From contig JAANOX010000121.1 in NCBI GenBank assembly GCA_020184695.1, positions 1 through 64,000 on the forward strand: a stretch of 64,000 nt of DNA. The letters run 5' to 3'. Below, in pieces: positions 1-11,199 of this stretch. Made by a program: the position numbers and the translations under genes. Within the stretch, counting starts at the first letter, position 1. Every line of letters starts with the position of its first letter. The notes below the pieces were generated by a model. It was not told where the DNA came from, did no database searches, and saw only the letters and a list, made by a program, of their open reading frames with translations. The stretch comes from Histomonas meleagridis 2922-C6/04-290x. Taxonomy: Eukaryota > Protista > Parabasalia.

Positions 1-1842
1 GAAGTCGTCCAAATCATTTGTTTCCTTCATCGCTAATAATATCTATACCTTCGTCGACTTGTTTTGTTGAACATTTAGTGATGAAAGTAATTCTTCCTTT
101 GATAATGACTGCTCAATGTCCATAAGTTTTTGTTGCTCCAATGAAACAATCTCGGCAAGTACGACCTGCAAAGTATAGCTCTAATGTCATCTTTACGTAA
201 TGTGTGCTTTGTCTGATGATTGACTTCGCAAATATTCAAGTTGTGATAAGTAATTCGGAGTTTGACTAACAGCTATAAGTGAGACGCCGATGTTAAACAT
301 TTTAAACGAAAATGAGCGACGCGTTTCGTTTCAATATGATTATCTATAAACTCAATTAATGATTCAAACATATGTAAAACTGGTACCAATGGAAACCACG
401 AAATCCAATTGAATTGAGTATCAGTAAATTCAACTGGACATTGAAGAGAAAAGTCACATAATAGTGCAATGAGATAAGATCTTCATTTTCGACAGAGGAT
501 GATAAAATTGGTTCAGATAGTGCCATATAAAATAAGAGTAAAAGATATCGAAGTGACACAAATCTGTTTGAAAACCTTCGAACTCAGCATAGATAAAGTC
601 AAAAATACTACGAGCTTCATCTGAATCATTTGGATTAGTTTTAATGTGAAGAATTTCTTCTTGGAGAACCGTTATGGGATCGGCGTGACTCAAATTTGAA
701 GGCCTTTGCGAAAATTTTGAGAGAAGAAGTTTTGATTCGTGTTGAACAAGTGAATTGTCACTTTTTGACAATTCTTGAAGTTTTGTTTTGATTTTACTCG
801 ATATCTGAAAGTTCTTCAGCTCTTCAAATATTGTTGATATTATTTACTATGTCTAAGTTTTATCGATTCAAGAAGTGCTTCAGAATTAATCTTCAGAACC
901 ATTTCCTTATTCTCATGAAGAAGCTCAGTAAATGCATCACTTGTGTCGCAATGCACCATAAATTATTGGAGTAATGATAAATACCTCTTTGTTGTTAAAA
1001 GTCATTCATTTTTCTAAGATTATCCAATAAAAAGTAGTAATGACGCCTGTGAAACACTTAGGTGTCTTCCAATGAATTGCATAATAACACCAACGAATTA
1101 CAATATCAAGAGAAATTAATAAAATTATTTGGCTTTACTTTCAAAGAGATATCCTCTAAAATCGGCAAACAGCAGATAATCTTTGAGCACTCTGGTTAGA
1201 AAGGGAGTAAGGCTGACACAATTATCATCAAACACGTCTCGGATGTTGTGACAATTGATGAGAAAATGCGCGAAACGTCAATACATCAGTTAACAAACGA
1301 AAGCCGTCATCGGCCTTGAGCTCAGATTGTCTGGTTTTGCGAGAAAATGCAGATGTATTCACAATATAATTACACTGAATAGGTTTGGAAGGCTTCTTCT
1401 CCTCTGTTTCATCAACTTTGTCTTTTAGACTCTTTCGTTAGACTTTTGAAGAAGATTTCATGAGATTTTCAATAAATAATTTTTTCTTTTATATGTGAAT
1501 TCCAATTGTACGGGATGCAAGCTCGCGAATGTTTTGTTTAGGATCATTAAGACATTGAAATATGTTTGATAAAATAGTTGATATTTGCTCCTGATATAAT
1601 GGGCCATCTGAATAACTATAAAGAACACATATAATTTTGAGCGACCGTTGAATTAGGTTTTTATTTTCACTTTGAAGGTATTTGGATAGAACTTGAAGAG
1701 ATGATTTAAAGTCGGATTCATTCATAGAACCTTCGGTCTTCAAAAGATATTCTTCAAGTGTCTCAATGAATTGGATTTGATCATCAAAGTTGTTTGAGTA
1801 TAATGCTGAATTGATTTCTTCCGATGTGAATTTTTGTTCCAT
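1..1842 (-). pseudogene. Degraded HEAT/TOG (CLASP-like) gene, running off the window edge
   Basis: ORF 1842-1489 is HEAT-like (LSNIFQCLNDPKQNIRELASRTIG). Protein-like sequence continues past in-frame TAAs and frameshifts down to base 1 (e.g. KKKLFIENLMKSSSKV*RKSL..., ORF 771-454, LQVVLAEIVSLEQQKLMDIEQ). Confidence 0.5.
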
Positions 1843-2054
1843 TACAAAAATAAATTTTAAACGTATTTGAATATGGGAAATGTTTATGTAAAAGTGTCAT
1901 CAGAAATATGCACAAGAAAAATTAATAGAAAATTGAAAATAAGACTAAATTATAATACATTATCACATGAAATCTTACTCACATCTTGAAAAAAAGAGGA
2001 AAAATCATCTAATATCTAGATAGTTTTTTATGTAAACATTTAAAATATCGCAAA

Positions 2055-2613
2055 TTAACAACATTGTTTTCTTTTTTCTTCACATATTGTAATATCAACA
2101 CTTGGTCTTCGGAAAGGTTGTCCTTTTGAAAGTAATTCTGCTATACTGGAAAATAAAGAATTTACATTTTCTCCAGTCAATGCTGATACTTCTTTGAATA
2201 CATGAATACAATTCGACGATCAGCAAGATCAATTTTATTTCCCGCTAATCCTATATAAATATCATTAGGACCTTTTTCACGTAACTCTTTTAGCCATGAG
2301 CTAACATCTTCAAATGTGTTTTTAGAACAAACATCATAAATAATGATAGCTGCATTCGCATCATGAAAGTACATTGGTGCCATTGCACGATATCTTTCGG
2401 CTCCGCCTGTATCCCAGATCTGTAATTTTACTTGTATTCCATTAACCTCAAATGTTTTTGACATAAAAGATGCACCGATTGTTGCGGTACTATTTTCAAG
2501 GAACATTTCTCTTGTTAATCTAATCTAGCGATATAGAAGACTTCCCAACAGTTGAAGAACCAAGGAGCAGAACTAATTTGGATTCTTTGATATTACTCTG
2601 CGAGTTTGCTCAT
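2055..2613 (-). pseudogene. Rab5/Rab21-like small GTPase, disrupted
   Basis: G1 box LLGSSTVGKSS lies upstream in another frame. WDTGGAERY and GNKID are in ORF 2506-2177, and EVSALTGENV...KQCC* is in a shifted frame ending at 2055. There are at least 3 frameshifts and about 15-18 aa are missing after RRIV. Confidence 0.8.
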
Positions 2614-3019
2614 GTGTCACTTTTCATTGGTTTTGATTCAAACTGAAGTTTCCAACAGCAGTAAAAAATCGAATTGAATTTCTATGGAAAAGTTGTTACT
2701 TTTTAAAGATCAGCTCAAATTTTATGCAAGCATAAAAATTTCATTTTTTTCATCATTTAAATAAAAATATAAATTAAAACTTGACTTTTTGTTCTGTTTT
2801 TGTCTTAAGAAAAATTATTTTGGAAAATATTGGTTGAGATATTGATCTATTTTCAAGTATGGACAAAGGAAGTTTCAGCTTGAAACGTTGAAACTTTAAC
2901 GTCTTTTAACGTACTGTACACATTTTTTTCAGATGGGAAATAAATGACGTTAAAGATTTAGTTTTATGTTTGCTTCTTCAAGTATAACATTCACTAAGCC
3001 TAAACAAGGAAATACACAG

Positions 3020-3925
3020 ATGCTTTCTGATGTTAAGTCAAAGAAGAATATTCTAGATCAAAATGGAAAGGTTACTACAAGACGCCGCAGATCAACAAGA
3101 AAAATTAAATTTAATCCAAGACGAATTGGTAAGCCAAGCAACATGCAAGATGCTTATGATTTTGTACTTGAAATATATGATTCATATCGTAAACATGAAA
3201 TGGATAGGCAACCTCCAAAGCATTATATGAAAAATTTGAACTTTAAGCCAAAAACACGTAAAGTTCTTATTGATTTCTTAATCGGAATTCACAAAGAAAT
3301 GGAAATGCATACTGATACTTTATATTCTGCTGTTACAATATTTGATCTTTATCTTTCAAAGAACAAAGTTAAAGAGTCAGACTTAGCATTAATTTTATGC
3401 ACTTCACTCTTAATTGCATCTAAGAATGAAGAAATGCAAACACCTGTAAATGATGATTTTGTATACTTGTCTGGAGATGCATTTAGTTCGGATGATATGA
3501 ATAGAATGGAATTCCAAATCCTTCAATCCCTTGATTTTAATGTTAACGTAATTCATTCATCTATCTTTTTAAAAGCATTCTTAAGATATGCTAATACCAC
3601 AGTTAGGCTTTCAATGATAGCGCATTTTATAAATGAAGTTTTATTACTTAGTCAAAGATTCATTGGTTCATGTCCATCAAAGAGAGCCGCAGCAGTTCTT
3701 TGCATAGCAATGTTTATAGAAAATGGTTCTAATCAGTGGAATCATACAATGGAAAGAAATACCGGATATTGTATGGCTCAATTATTACCAATGATTTCAA
3801 AAATTATCAAAACATTCAACCGCAAAAAAGATTCTAAATATAGAGCTGTTTTCCAAAAGTATTCTCTCCCAGAACTATTTTATGTAAGCAAGATAAGCCT
3901 TCCCAAAATCGAGCAGTTCCAATAA
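3020..3925 (+). CDS. Cyclin (A/B-type cyclin box)
   Basis: Cyclin box RKVLIDFLIGIH...TLYSAVTIFDLYL...LLIASKNEE...MEFQILQSLDFN. First ATG is 3020; the ORF track starts at TTG 2966. Confidence 0.9.
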   Translation: MLSDVKSKKNILDQNGKVTTRRRRSTRKIKFNPRRIGKPSNMQDAYDFVLEIYDSYRKHEMDRQPPKHYMKNLNFKPKTRKVLIDFLIGIHKEMEMHTDTLYSAVTIFDLYLSKNKVKESDLALILCTSLLIASKNEEMQTPVNDDFVYLSGDAFSSDDMNRMEFQILQSLDFNVNVIHSSIFLKAFLRYANTTVRLSMIAHFINEVLLLSQRFIGSCPSKRAAAVLCIAMFIENGSNQWNHTMERNTGYCMAQLLPMISKIIKTFNRKKDSKYRAVFQKYSLPELFYVSKISLPKIEQFQ

Positions 3926-4212
3926 AATCTTTTGTATTTTTCACCATTTCCCATGATGTTTCAAATAAATGCCGTTCTAGTTAGAAAAAATTTTTTTACT
4001 ACTTATATCTCCTTCTTGCGTACTAAATTTTTAATGTATAAATAATTAGCAAACATTTGATTTCATATCGAAATGAGTTATGAAAGATTTTTATATTTTT
4101 TTTTAAGACAGCCCAAGACTGTTCGTTGACGTAATATTAAATATTACCAAATTTGTTGATGTCTCAAATTAAAAATGAAGATGCAGCGCCGATTTTTGTT
4201 TATGGCAAAATA

Positions 4213-4220
4213 AACGGTTT
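4213..4220 (+). promoter_or_regulatory. M3-like core promoter motif (DRCSGTTD)
   Basis: AACGGTTT ending 13 nt before ATG 4234; matches the Trichomonas M3 consensus. Confidence 0.5.
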
Positions 4221-4233
4221 CAGCAACCAAAAG

Positions 4234-7200
4234 ATGTCTCAAGATATATCAATCGAAGATATCAAGGAAACTTCAGAGATTGAAAAATTACGGGAAATAT
4301 GTATTTCTATTTTTAACACAAATGAAAAATTAAAATTAGAAAATTCAAAGTACCAAAATGAAATACAGCCCCTAAAAAATAATTTAGCAGAAATAAAAGA
4401 AAAAGAAAGCAAAAACACAGAAGCTATTGCGCAGCTAACAAAAGATAAACGCGATTTGCTTCGCAAGATTAAATCTACAATAAAGACAGAAGAAATCCAA
4501 AAAAATAAAATAGAAGAATTAACAGGGAAAAGCAGTTCACTTGAAGAAATGGTTCAACAATTAATTAATGAAAAAACAAATTCCGAAAATACAATTTTCA
4601 ATCTCAAAGAACAAAGCAAGCAACGCTTGCAAAAAATCAAAGAACTTGAATCCACAAATAAAGTAATTCAAGAAACCAACCAAAATCTTATCGAATCAAA
4701 AACAAAAAGTGAAATTGAAATTTCCAATTTAACAACAACTAAAGCTCAACTAGAAGAAAATCTTAAACAATACAAAACGCGGAACAAAGAATTTGCTAAA
4801 GCTGTTAAATTATTAAAAAAAGAAGTTACATCTCTTCGAGAATCAAATACAAAAGAAATCGAAGAACTTAATCAGAAAAACGAAGAAATTTTAATGCAAA
4901 AAGAAAACATAATCACAGACCTAAATCAACAAAATAATGAACTTATGAACGCACTTGAAGAACTTAGTAATGAAAAAGACAACGAAATTGAAAATCTCAA
5001 AAAACAAATCGAAACGGAATTAAATGAAAAAAACATAAAAATAAATGAAATGGAGAAACAAATTAATGAAACTTCGAATAGTAATGAAATTGAAGAATTA
5101 AACAAAATAATTAATGAAAAAGATGAAAAAATAAAACAAATATCCGAAGAAATTAAAATAATTAAAACGAAAAATGAAGAACTTGAAAATGAATTACAAA
5201 ATGATAAAAAAGAGAAAGGAATTAAAGAATTAAATAATGCGAAAATAGAACTTGAAAATACATTAAAATTATGTAAAATAGAAAATGATGAATTAAAAAT
5301 AAAAAATAATGAATTAATAAAAAGAATTGATGAAAATGAAAAACAAATAATTGAACTTTCAAATGAAAAACAAAAACAATTTGAAATAGAAAATAATTTG
5401 AAACAAAAAATCGAAGAATTTGAAAGAAAGAACAATGAATTATCAACAATAACAAAAGATAACAATGAAATGGAAATAAGTTTCAATAATCAAATTAAAG
5501 AAAAAGAAGAAATTATTAATTCTCTCAAGGAAAACAATGAAAATCTTTCAACGAAATACAAAGAAATCGAAGAACAAATTTCGATAACATCACAAAAGAA
5601 TAACGAACTTAATAAATTGGTTAACGATAAAGAGGAAATAATTAAAGCATTACAAGAAGATAATGAAAATATTTCATCAAAACAAAACGAAATTGAAAAA
5701 CAATTTGCACAAAAGACAAAAGAATTGGAAAAAATAACAAACGACATAAAAGAAATACAAAATCAATTAAAAGAGGAAATACAGAAGAACAACGAACTTG
5801 AAAAATCAATTCAGCAAAAAGATGAAATTATTAAAACATTAAGTGAAAATGATCAACGAATTTCATCATTTACACAAAAGAATAGTGAACTTGAAAAATT
5901 AATTCAACAAAAAGATGAAATTATTAAATCATTAAGTGAAAATGATCAACAAATTTCAACAGCAACACAAAAAATTAATGAACTTGAAAAATTAATACAT
6001 GAAAAAGATGAAATTATTAAAACATTAAAAGAAAACAATGAAAATCTTTCAACAAAATCAACAGAAATTACAGAGCAACAACAGTCTATCTCACAAAAGA
6101 ACAAAGAACTCGAAAACTTAATACATGAAAAGGATGAAGCCATTAAATCACTTACTGAAAATAACGAACAACTTTCATCTAAAATTGAAGAACAAATTTC
6201 TTCAGAATCACAAAAGAACAAAGAACTCGAAAACTTAATACATGAAAAAGATGAAATTATTAAGATGCTGAAGGAAAACAACGAAAATCTTTCGACAAAG
6301 TCAACAGAAATTACAGAACAACAACAATCTATCGCACAAAAGAACAATGAACTCGAAAAATCAATTCAACAAAAAGATGAAACCATTAAATCACTTACTG
6401 AAAATAACGAACAACTTTCATCTAAAATCGAAGAACAAATTTCTTCAGCAACACAAAAAATCAATGAACTTGAAAAGTTAATTCGTGAGAAAGAAGAAAA
6501 TATTAAAACATTAAAAGAAAACAATGAAAATCTTTCAACAAAATCAACAGAAATTTCAGAGCAACAATTGTCTATTACACAAAAGAACAATGAACTTGAA
6601 AAATTAATTCAACAAAAAGATGAAATCATTAAATCACTTACTGAAAATAACGAACAACTTTCATCTAAAATCGAAGAACAAATATCTTCAGCATCACAAA
6701 AAATCAATGAACTTGAAAAGTTAATACATGAAAAAGATGAAATTATTAAGATGCTGAAGGAAAACAACGAAAATCTATCGACAAAGTCAACAGAAATTAC
6801 AGAGCAACAGATATCAATAACACAAAAGAACAAAGAACTTGAAGACGCAAACACAAAACTTACGCATGAACTCTCTGAACTTAACGCCAAGTTCAATCAA
6901 AACGAAGAAACAATTAAATTATTGACAGAGCAAATCAAAGCGAAAGAAGAACTTGTTCAAACGCATTTAAATGCTAAAGAAGAACTATTACAAATGAACA
7001 GTAATTTATCCAAAGCTGTTAAAGAGCGCGAAGAAGTTCTTCAATCATTAATGAGTGAAAACAATGAATTAACAATACGTTCACAAGAAAACGAAGAAAA
7101 ACTTCAAAAGATTCAAAATGAAAACAAAAATTTAATTAATAATTTCAAATCGAAAATTTCACATTTATCAAATACATTCAAAATTTTCGAAACAATTTCA

Positions 7201-8082
7201 ACAAAACTTTTAAACAATAATGAAATCCTACAACAACTTGAAACGAAATTTAAAACAACAATTACAAACAAAGTAAATTCTTATAATTCATTAAAAACGA
7301 AATTTAATGAACAACAAAATGAAGTTCAACATTTAAATGAACAAATAGAAAATCTTCAAAATGAAAACAAAGAAACAAAATTAAAACTTGAAACTGAAAT
7401 TCAACAAAACCAAATAATAGCACAAGAAAACGAAACGATAATCCATAAGAAAGAGAAAACTATTGTTAAGTTAAAAACACTTTTACAGCGATCAGTTAAT
7501 TCAGATCAACGTAATCAACAACAAATCGATGCGATGTTATCCGAAATCGAAAATTATCGTAATATGATCAACGATTATTCGAACAAAGAAATGAAAACGG
7601 ATGTTGATCATGTTATCTATATGGAAAATCGTGTAAAAGAACTCGAAGATCAAATTAATAACTCGAAGCCAAGTTTGGAACTAGTCGAAAAGAATAATAA
7701 ACTTCAATCGATGTTAGCGAAATCGAACAAATTATATTCCGAATTATTGCAAAAAGTTCAATCGAAAAAAGATTTGAAATTAGTTAAAGGTGAAGAAATT
7801 ACAATAGAACAAGAGAAAAAAGAAATTGTTCAGCAACAACAAAAAAAGAAAATTGTGAAAAATAAGAAGAATAAAAAAGAAGAGGATTTGTCATTGACAA
7901 AAGAATACTTAAAATCAACGTTGTTGCAATTCTTTATACAAGATGACGCGAAAAGAAATGAATTGTTGCCTTTGATTTTGGAATTGGTTGGTTGTAATGC
8001 GCAACAAATAGAAGCGGCAAAGAGACAATGGGAAAGATCAAACCAATTGATGCAGAGAACAACTGGATTCTTCGGATTCTAA
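4234..8082 (+). CDS. Long coiled-coil protein with C-terminal GRIP domain (golgin-like)
   Basis: About 1280 aa of heptad-rich sequence; C-terminus EYLKSTLLQFF...LLPLILELVGCN...W matches the GRIP pattern. M3-like AACGGTTT at 4213 precedes ATG 4234. Confidence 0.8.
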   Translation: MSQDISIEDIKETSEIEKLREICISIFNTNEKLKLENSKYQNEIQPLKNNLAEIKEKESKNTEAIAQLTKDKRDLLRKIKSTIKTEEIQKNKIEELTGKSSSLEEMVQQLINEKTNSENTIFNLKEQSKQRLQKIKELESTNKVIQETNQNLIESKTKSEIEISNLTTTKAQLEENLKQYKTRNKEFAKAVKLLKKEVTSLRESNTKEIEELNQKNEEILMQKENIITDLNQQNNELMNALEELSNEKDNEIENLKKQIETELNEKNIKINEMEKQINETSNSNEIEELNKIINEKDEKIKQISEEIKIIKTKNEELENELQNDKKEKGIKELNNAKIELENTLKLCKIENDELKIKNNELIKRIDENEKQIIELSNEKQKQFEIENNLKQKIEEFERKNNELSTITKDNNEMEISFNNQIKEKEEIINSLKENNENLSTKYKEIEEQISITSQKNNELNKLVNDKEEIIKALQEDNENISSKQNEIEKQFAQKTKELEKITNDIKEIQNQLKEEIQKNNELEKSIQQKDEIIKTLSENDQRISSFTQKNSELEKLIQQKDEIIKSLSENDQQISTATQKINELEKLIHEKDEIIKTLKENNENLSTKSTEITEQQQSISQKNKELENLIHEKDEAIKSLTENNEQLSSKIEEQISSESQKNKELENLIHEKDEIIKMLKENNENLSTKSTEITEQQQSIAQKNNELEKSIQQKDETIKSLTENNEQLSSKIEEQISSATQKINELEKLIREKEENIKTLKENNENLSTKSTEISEQQLSITQKNNELEKLIQQKDEIIKSLTENNEQLSSKIEEQISSASQKINELEKLIHEKDEIIKMLKENNENLSTKSTEITEQQISITQKNKELEDANTKLTHELSELNAKFNQNEETIKLLTEQIKAKEELVQTHLNAKEELLQMNSNLSKAVKEREEVLQSLMSENNELTIRSQENEEKLQKIQNENKNLINNFKSKISHLSNTFKIFETISTKLLNNNEILQQLETKFKTTITNKVNSYNSLKTKFNEQQNEVQHLNEQIENLQNENKETKLKLETEIQQNQIIAQENETIIHKKEKTIVKLKTLLQRSVNSDQRNQQQIDAMLSEIENYRNMINDYSNKEMKTDVDHVIYMENRVKELEDQINNSKPSLELVEKNNKLQSMLAKSNKLYSELLQKVQSKKDLKLVKGEEITIEQEKKEIVQQQQKKKIVKNKKNKKEEDLSLTKEYLKSTLLQFFIQDDAKRNELLPLILELVGCNAQQIEAAKRQWERSNQLMQRTTGFFGF
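5790..6840 (+). repeat. Coding tandem repeats in the golgin: 93-nt units followed by a 243-nt higher-order repeat (42 aa + 39 aa)
   Basis: GAAAAAT(C/T)AATTCA recurs at 5800 and 5893, with the unit start again at 5986. ACAGAAATT(A/T)CAGA recurs at 6061, 6304, 6547 and 6790 (period 243). Confidence 0.9.
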
Positions 8083-8437
8083 ATAATTGTTTATAATAAA
8101 TAAACTTTCTTTCGAAATTTTATTATTTTATGGACTTGATAAAATCGTTTTCATATATGAAATGTTAAAACTTTAAAAAAAAAAAGTAAAAACTACAATA
8201 ACAATATTCAATATTGTATAGTTTACTTCAAACAACAAAAATATTCCTTTCTAAAAAATTGATCAATAAAAAAAATTCATTTGAGATTTCTTCCCAATAT
8301 TCGTCTTGATGTCATATTTTCTTTTTATTGGGAATTTTACATTAAATGTGATGTTGGAAAAACAAGCCGCAAAAAACAGGAAATATTAAACGTCCTTTCT
8401 AATCTGGTCACCCGCCTTTCAAGAAGAAAGCGTATCA

Positions 8438-10720
8438 ATGCAATTTAATCCAATCCAACATATTTGTGCTCCAAATAGGTGGGATGATCAAAAAAATGAT
8501 GAGGACAATGAAACTTTAATCAGACTATTTAATCAAAATGCAAATAAGTATGGATTTTCAATTACACTTTCTGAACATTTTGAAACGCAATTTATTAATG
8601 ACTTAGTTCCTCTGATTAACAACTTATTACAAAATAACCAAATGATTTTAACAGAATCTCTTCTCAAACCATTAATTCCAATTTATCTTGCTATTGATAT
8701 TGAACTCTATAGACCCTTTTTTAATAGATCACATTTTGAATTTGATGTTTTATCAACTCATTATCCATTTTTTTATGTATTTAAATACATACTTTTTATT
8801 TTGAATCTTCGTTCCACATCTCATCAGGTTATTTTTTCAAAAGATCATCTTCTTTCTCTTCCACCTGAGAGTATATTTTTTATTCATTCTTATTTCATTG
8901 ATCCAAATCTTCCAGTTGAACTTCAAACATTAGCGCTCAGTTTTATTCTTCCTTCAACTTATTTTGATAGTGAAATTCCATTTTCTATTCCAAAGATGCA
9001 TCTTCTTTTACCTGATCCGATTATAATTCTTGAAAATTACGAACATTATTCCAAAGAAGATTTTATTTATGCATCTTATTTACTACAAAGTTGTAATGGC
9101 TTAATTTTAACAATTGGACAAAATGATTCGATACTTACGATTGATGAAATAATGTCAATTCATCAAATTTTACTTTTCGATCAAGTTTCATTAGCATCAA
9201 TGTGTCGCTCTATTGTTTTAATGTTATCATTTTCTACTACTTCACGACATGTAATAAATTTTTTTCGTTCATTTAATTGTAAATGTGGCTGCGAATTAAT
9301 AAAAGAACTTATTATTAATAATTTCACCAAATCATTTCGAGAATTAATGGCAATTTTTTCGGTTCCAATAATGTATGTTTTAGAAGAACAAAATAATAAT
9401 TTCACAGAAGATTTTTTAGATATCATTGATCCATTACGAGCTAACCAAGGGAATTTTTTAAGAATTCTTTCAAAGTTATCAATAACAACAAAACCATTTA
9501 CTTATATTCATATTCTTCATTCGTTACTTCTCAAAATTTCCATTATTCCGCTTTCTTCTGTTTATAATGAAATCATTGAATATTATGAAACGATTTTAAT
9601 GCATTTTTCACGGCTGATTCAAATATCAATTGTTTATCCTCAAATTGATTCTACATTATATAATAGTGCATCGATTCGTACTTTAACACTTTTTTATCAT
9701 ACTATAAATCGATTGAAATTAACTGTTTTATCTCCTTCTTTTGTTAAAAACACAATTTCATTGTTATCTTTTCTTCCTTTTATACCCGTCTCAAGTAACT
9801 CATATTTAGAATATGAAATAAAAGAAATTTATGAAGCTATTAAAGAAACTATAAGAACACATAATAAATTATTCGAAGTATATATCGAAAATTATTTATC
9901 GCCTATTTTTTATGTAGGAGCAGCAATTTGTGGATTAACAGTTGAAATTTCACCAAGAATTGTTATATTAATAACAGAACATTTAATTAAATCTTCTCTT
10001 GGACAAATATTTCATATATTATTAAAAATGTTATTAAAATATGTTCAAAACGAAAATGTTTTTTCCATGTTTCTTGATTTATATTTCCCAATAATAGAAA
10101 TAGAATTACAAACTAAATATATTAATAATAAGAAAATTCGATATCTTTTATTACTTTATAAATGTTTATCTAAACATAAATCAATTATTAATGTTTTTTT
10201 TAGGCATATTTCATGTGAGCTATTAATAAAAAATGCAATTAAATATATGAAAATTGAAAAAAGGCCAAATTTAGTAATAGAATTAGAAATATTAATTTGT
10301 GAAATTTCCATTTTAAATGGATTTCAAACAAATTTAAAATTGGGAGATTTGGAAGTTATAATGAATTATATTAATTTACTTTCTTCAAAATCTTCAACAG
10401 CAATTTTGAATTTGATCATTTTTATTGCAAAAAATCGTAAAAAAGCAAAAAATTTCCCTTTTGAAATTAAATGGAAAAGAATTTTTGGATCAAAAGCTAA
10501 AAATATCGAATGGTTTAGAAATGAATATATTTCGTTATTTGGAGCAGAGGATTATGTGTTAGAACTGGAACATGAAGAAAAACAGAGAAAAGAAAAAGAT
10601 AAAACTTTTGTTTTCTGGATGAAAAAAAAATATGCAAAGTATTTAAAGTCAAATTTCATTATGGCTTTGAATCCAATTGTTTTGCCTCAATCACAAATTA
10701 TATATGAAGAAAGTGAATAA
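8438..10720 (+). CDS. Hypothetical 760-aa protein, probably alpha-helical solenoid
   Basis: Long uninterrupted ORF with Leu/Ile-rich helical composition; no family recognised. Confidence 0.75.
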   Translation: MQFNPIQHICAPNRWDDQKNDEDNETLIRLFNQNANKYGFSITLSEHFETQFINDLVPLINNLLQNNQMILTESLLKPLIPIYLAIDIELYRPFFNRSHFEFDVLSTHYPFFYVFKYILFILNLRSTSHQVIFSKDHLLSLPPESIFFIHSYFIDPNLPVELQTLALSFILPSTYFDSEIPFSIPKMHLLLPDPIIILENYEHYSKEDFIYASYLLQSCNGLILTIGQNDSILTIDEIMSIHQILLFDQVSLASMCRSIVLMLSFSTTSRHVINFFRSFNCKCGCELIKELIINNFTKSFRELMAIFSVPIMYVLEEQNNNFTEDFLDIIDPLRANQGNFLRILSKLSITTKPFTYIHILHSLLLKISIIPLSSVYNEIIEYYETILMHFSRLIQISIVYPQIDSTLYNSASIRTLTLFYHTINRLKLTVLSPSFVKNTISLLSFLPFIPVSSNSYLEYEIKEIYEAIKETIRTHNKLFEVYIENYLSPIFYVGAAICGLTVEISPRIVILITEHLIKSSLGQIFHILLKMLLKYVQNENVFSMFLDLYFPIIEIELQTKYINNKKIRYLLLLYKCLSKHKSIINVFFRHISCELLIKNAIKYMKIEKRPNLVIELEILICEISILNGFQTNLKLGDLEVIMNYINLLSSKSSTAILNLIIFIAKNRKKAKNFPFEIKWKRIFGSKAKNIEWFRNEYISLFGAEDYVLELEHEEKQRKEKDKTFVFWMKKKYAKYLKSNFIMALNPIVLPQSQIIYEESE

Positions 10721-11199
10721 ATTAATAAATGTATTATATTAAGCGAATATTTTTTTTTATATATTTCCTTTGTGTTTGTAATATATTACTCTTGAAAACA
10801 CAGAAAAAATTTAATAATTAAACAAATAATGATTATAAAATACTACTCTAAAAACAGGTTCAGAGTATAAAGCAAGATAAAATAAAAATAATTATTATAT
10901 TTCGAATTACACCCAAAAAAAATTGGCCGACTTTAAACATCTTTATTATATTTATTAAAAATAAATGAAGTTATCAATAAAATTCTTTCATGAAAAAAAA
11001 AATTTTAATAATTTTTTTTATAAAAACAAAACACAACATACCAAAAAAGCAGAAATATATATATTTAATCTTCAAAGAATAGTTATCAATCGATTTTTCT
11101 CAGTAAACATAGAACCAGACATTATAAATTATATATTAAAAATTATGAAAAATTTGAAAACATTTTATTTTTTAATAAACATTTTTATATTAAATTTTC

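Noticed and set aside
264-271. ACTAACAG branch-point/3' splice-like motif
   Set aside because: On the strand opposite the gene, with no matching 5' splice site. No credible spliceosomal intron was found in the window.
1-1842. Alternative genetic code (TAA/TAG read as sense), suggested by in-frame stops in pseudogenes
   Set aside because: More than 30 intact genes in the window end at TAA, TGA or TAG in the expected places, and the damaged genes also have frameshifts.
4239-6896. Multiple minus-strand ORFs opposite the golgin
   Set aside because: Shadow ORFs of a low-complexity K/E/N-rich coding strand.
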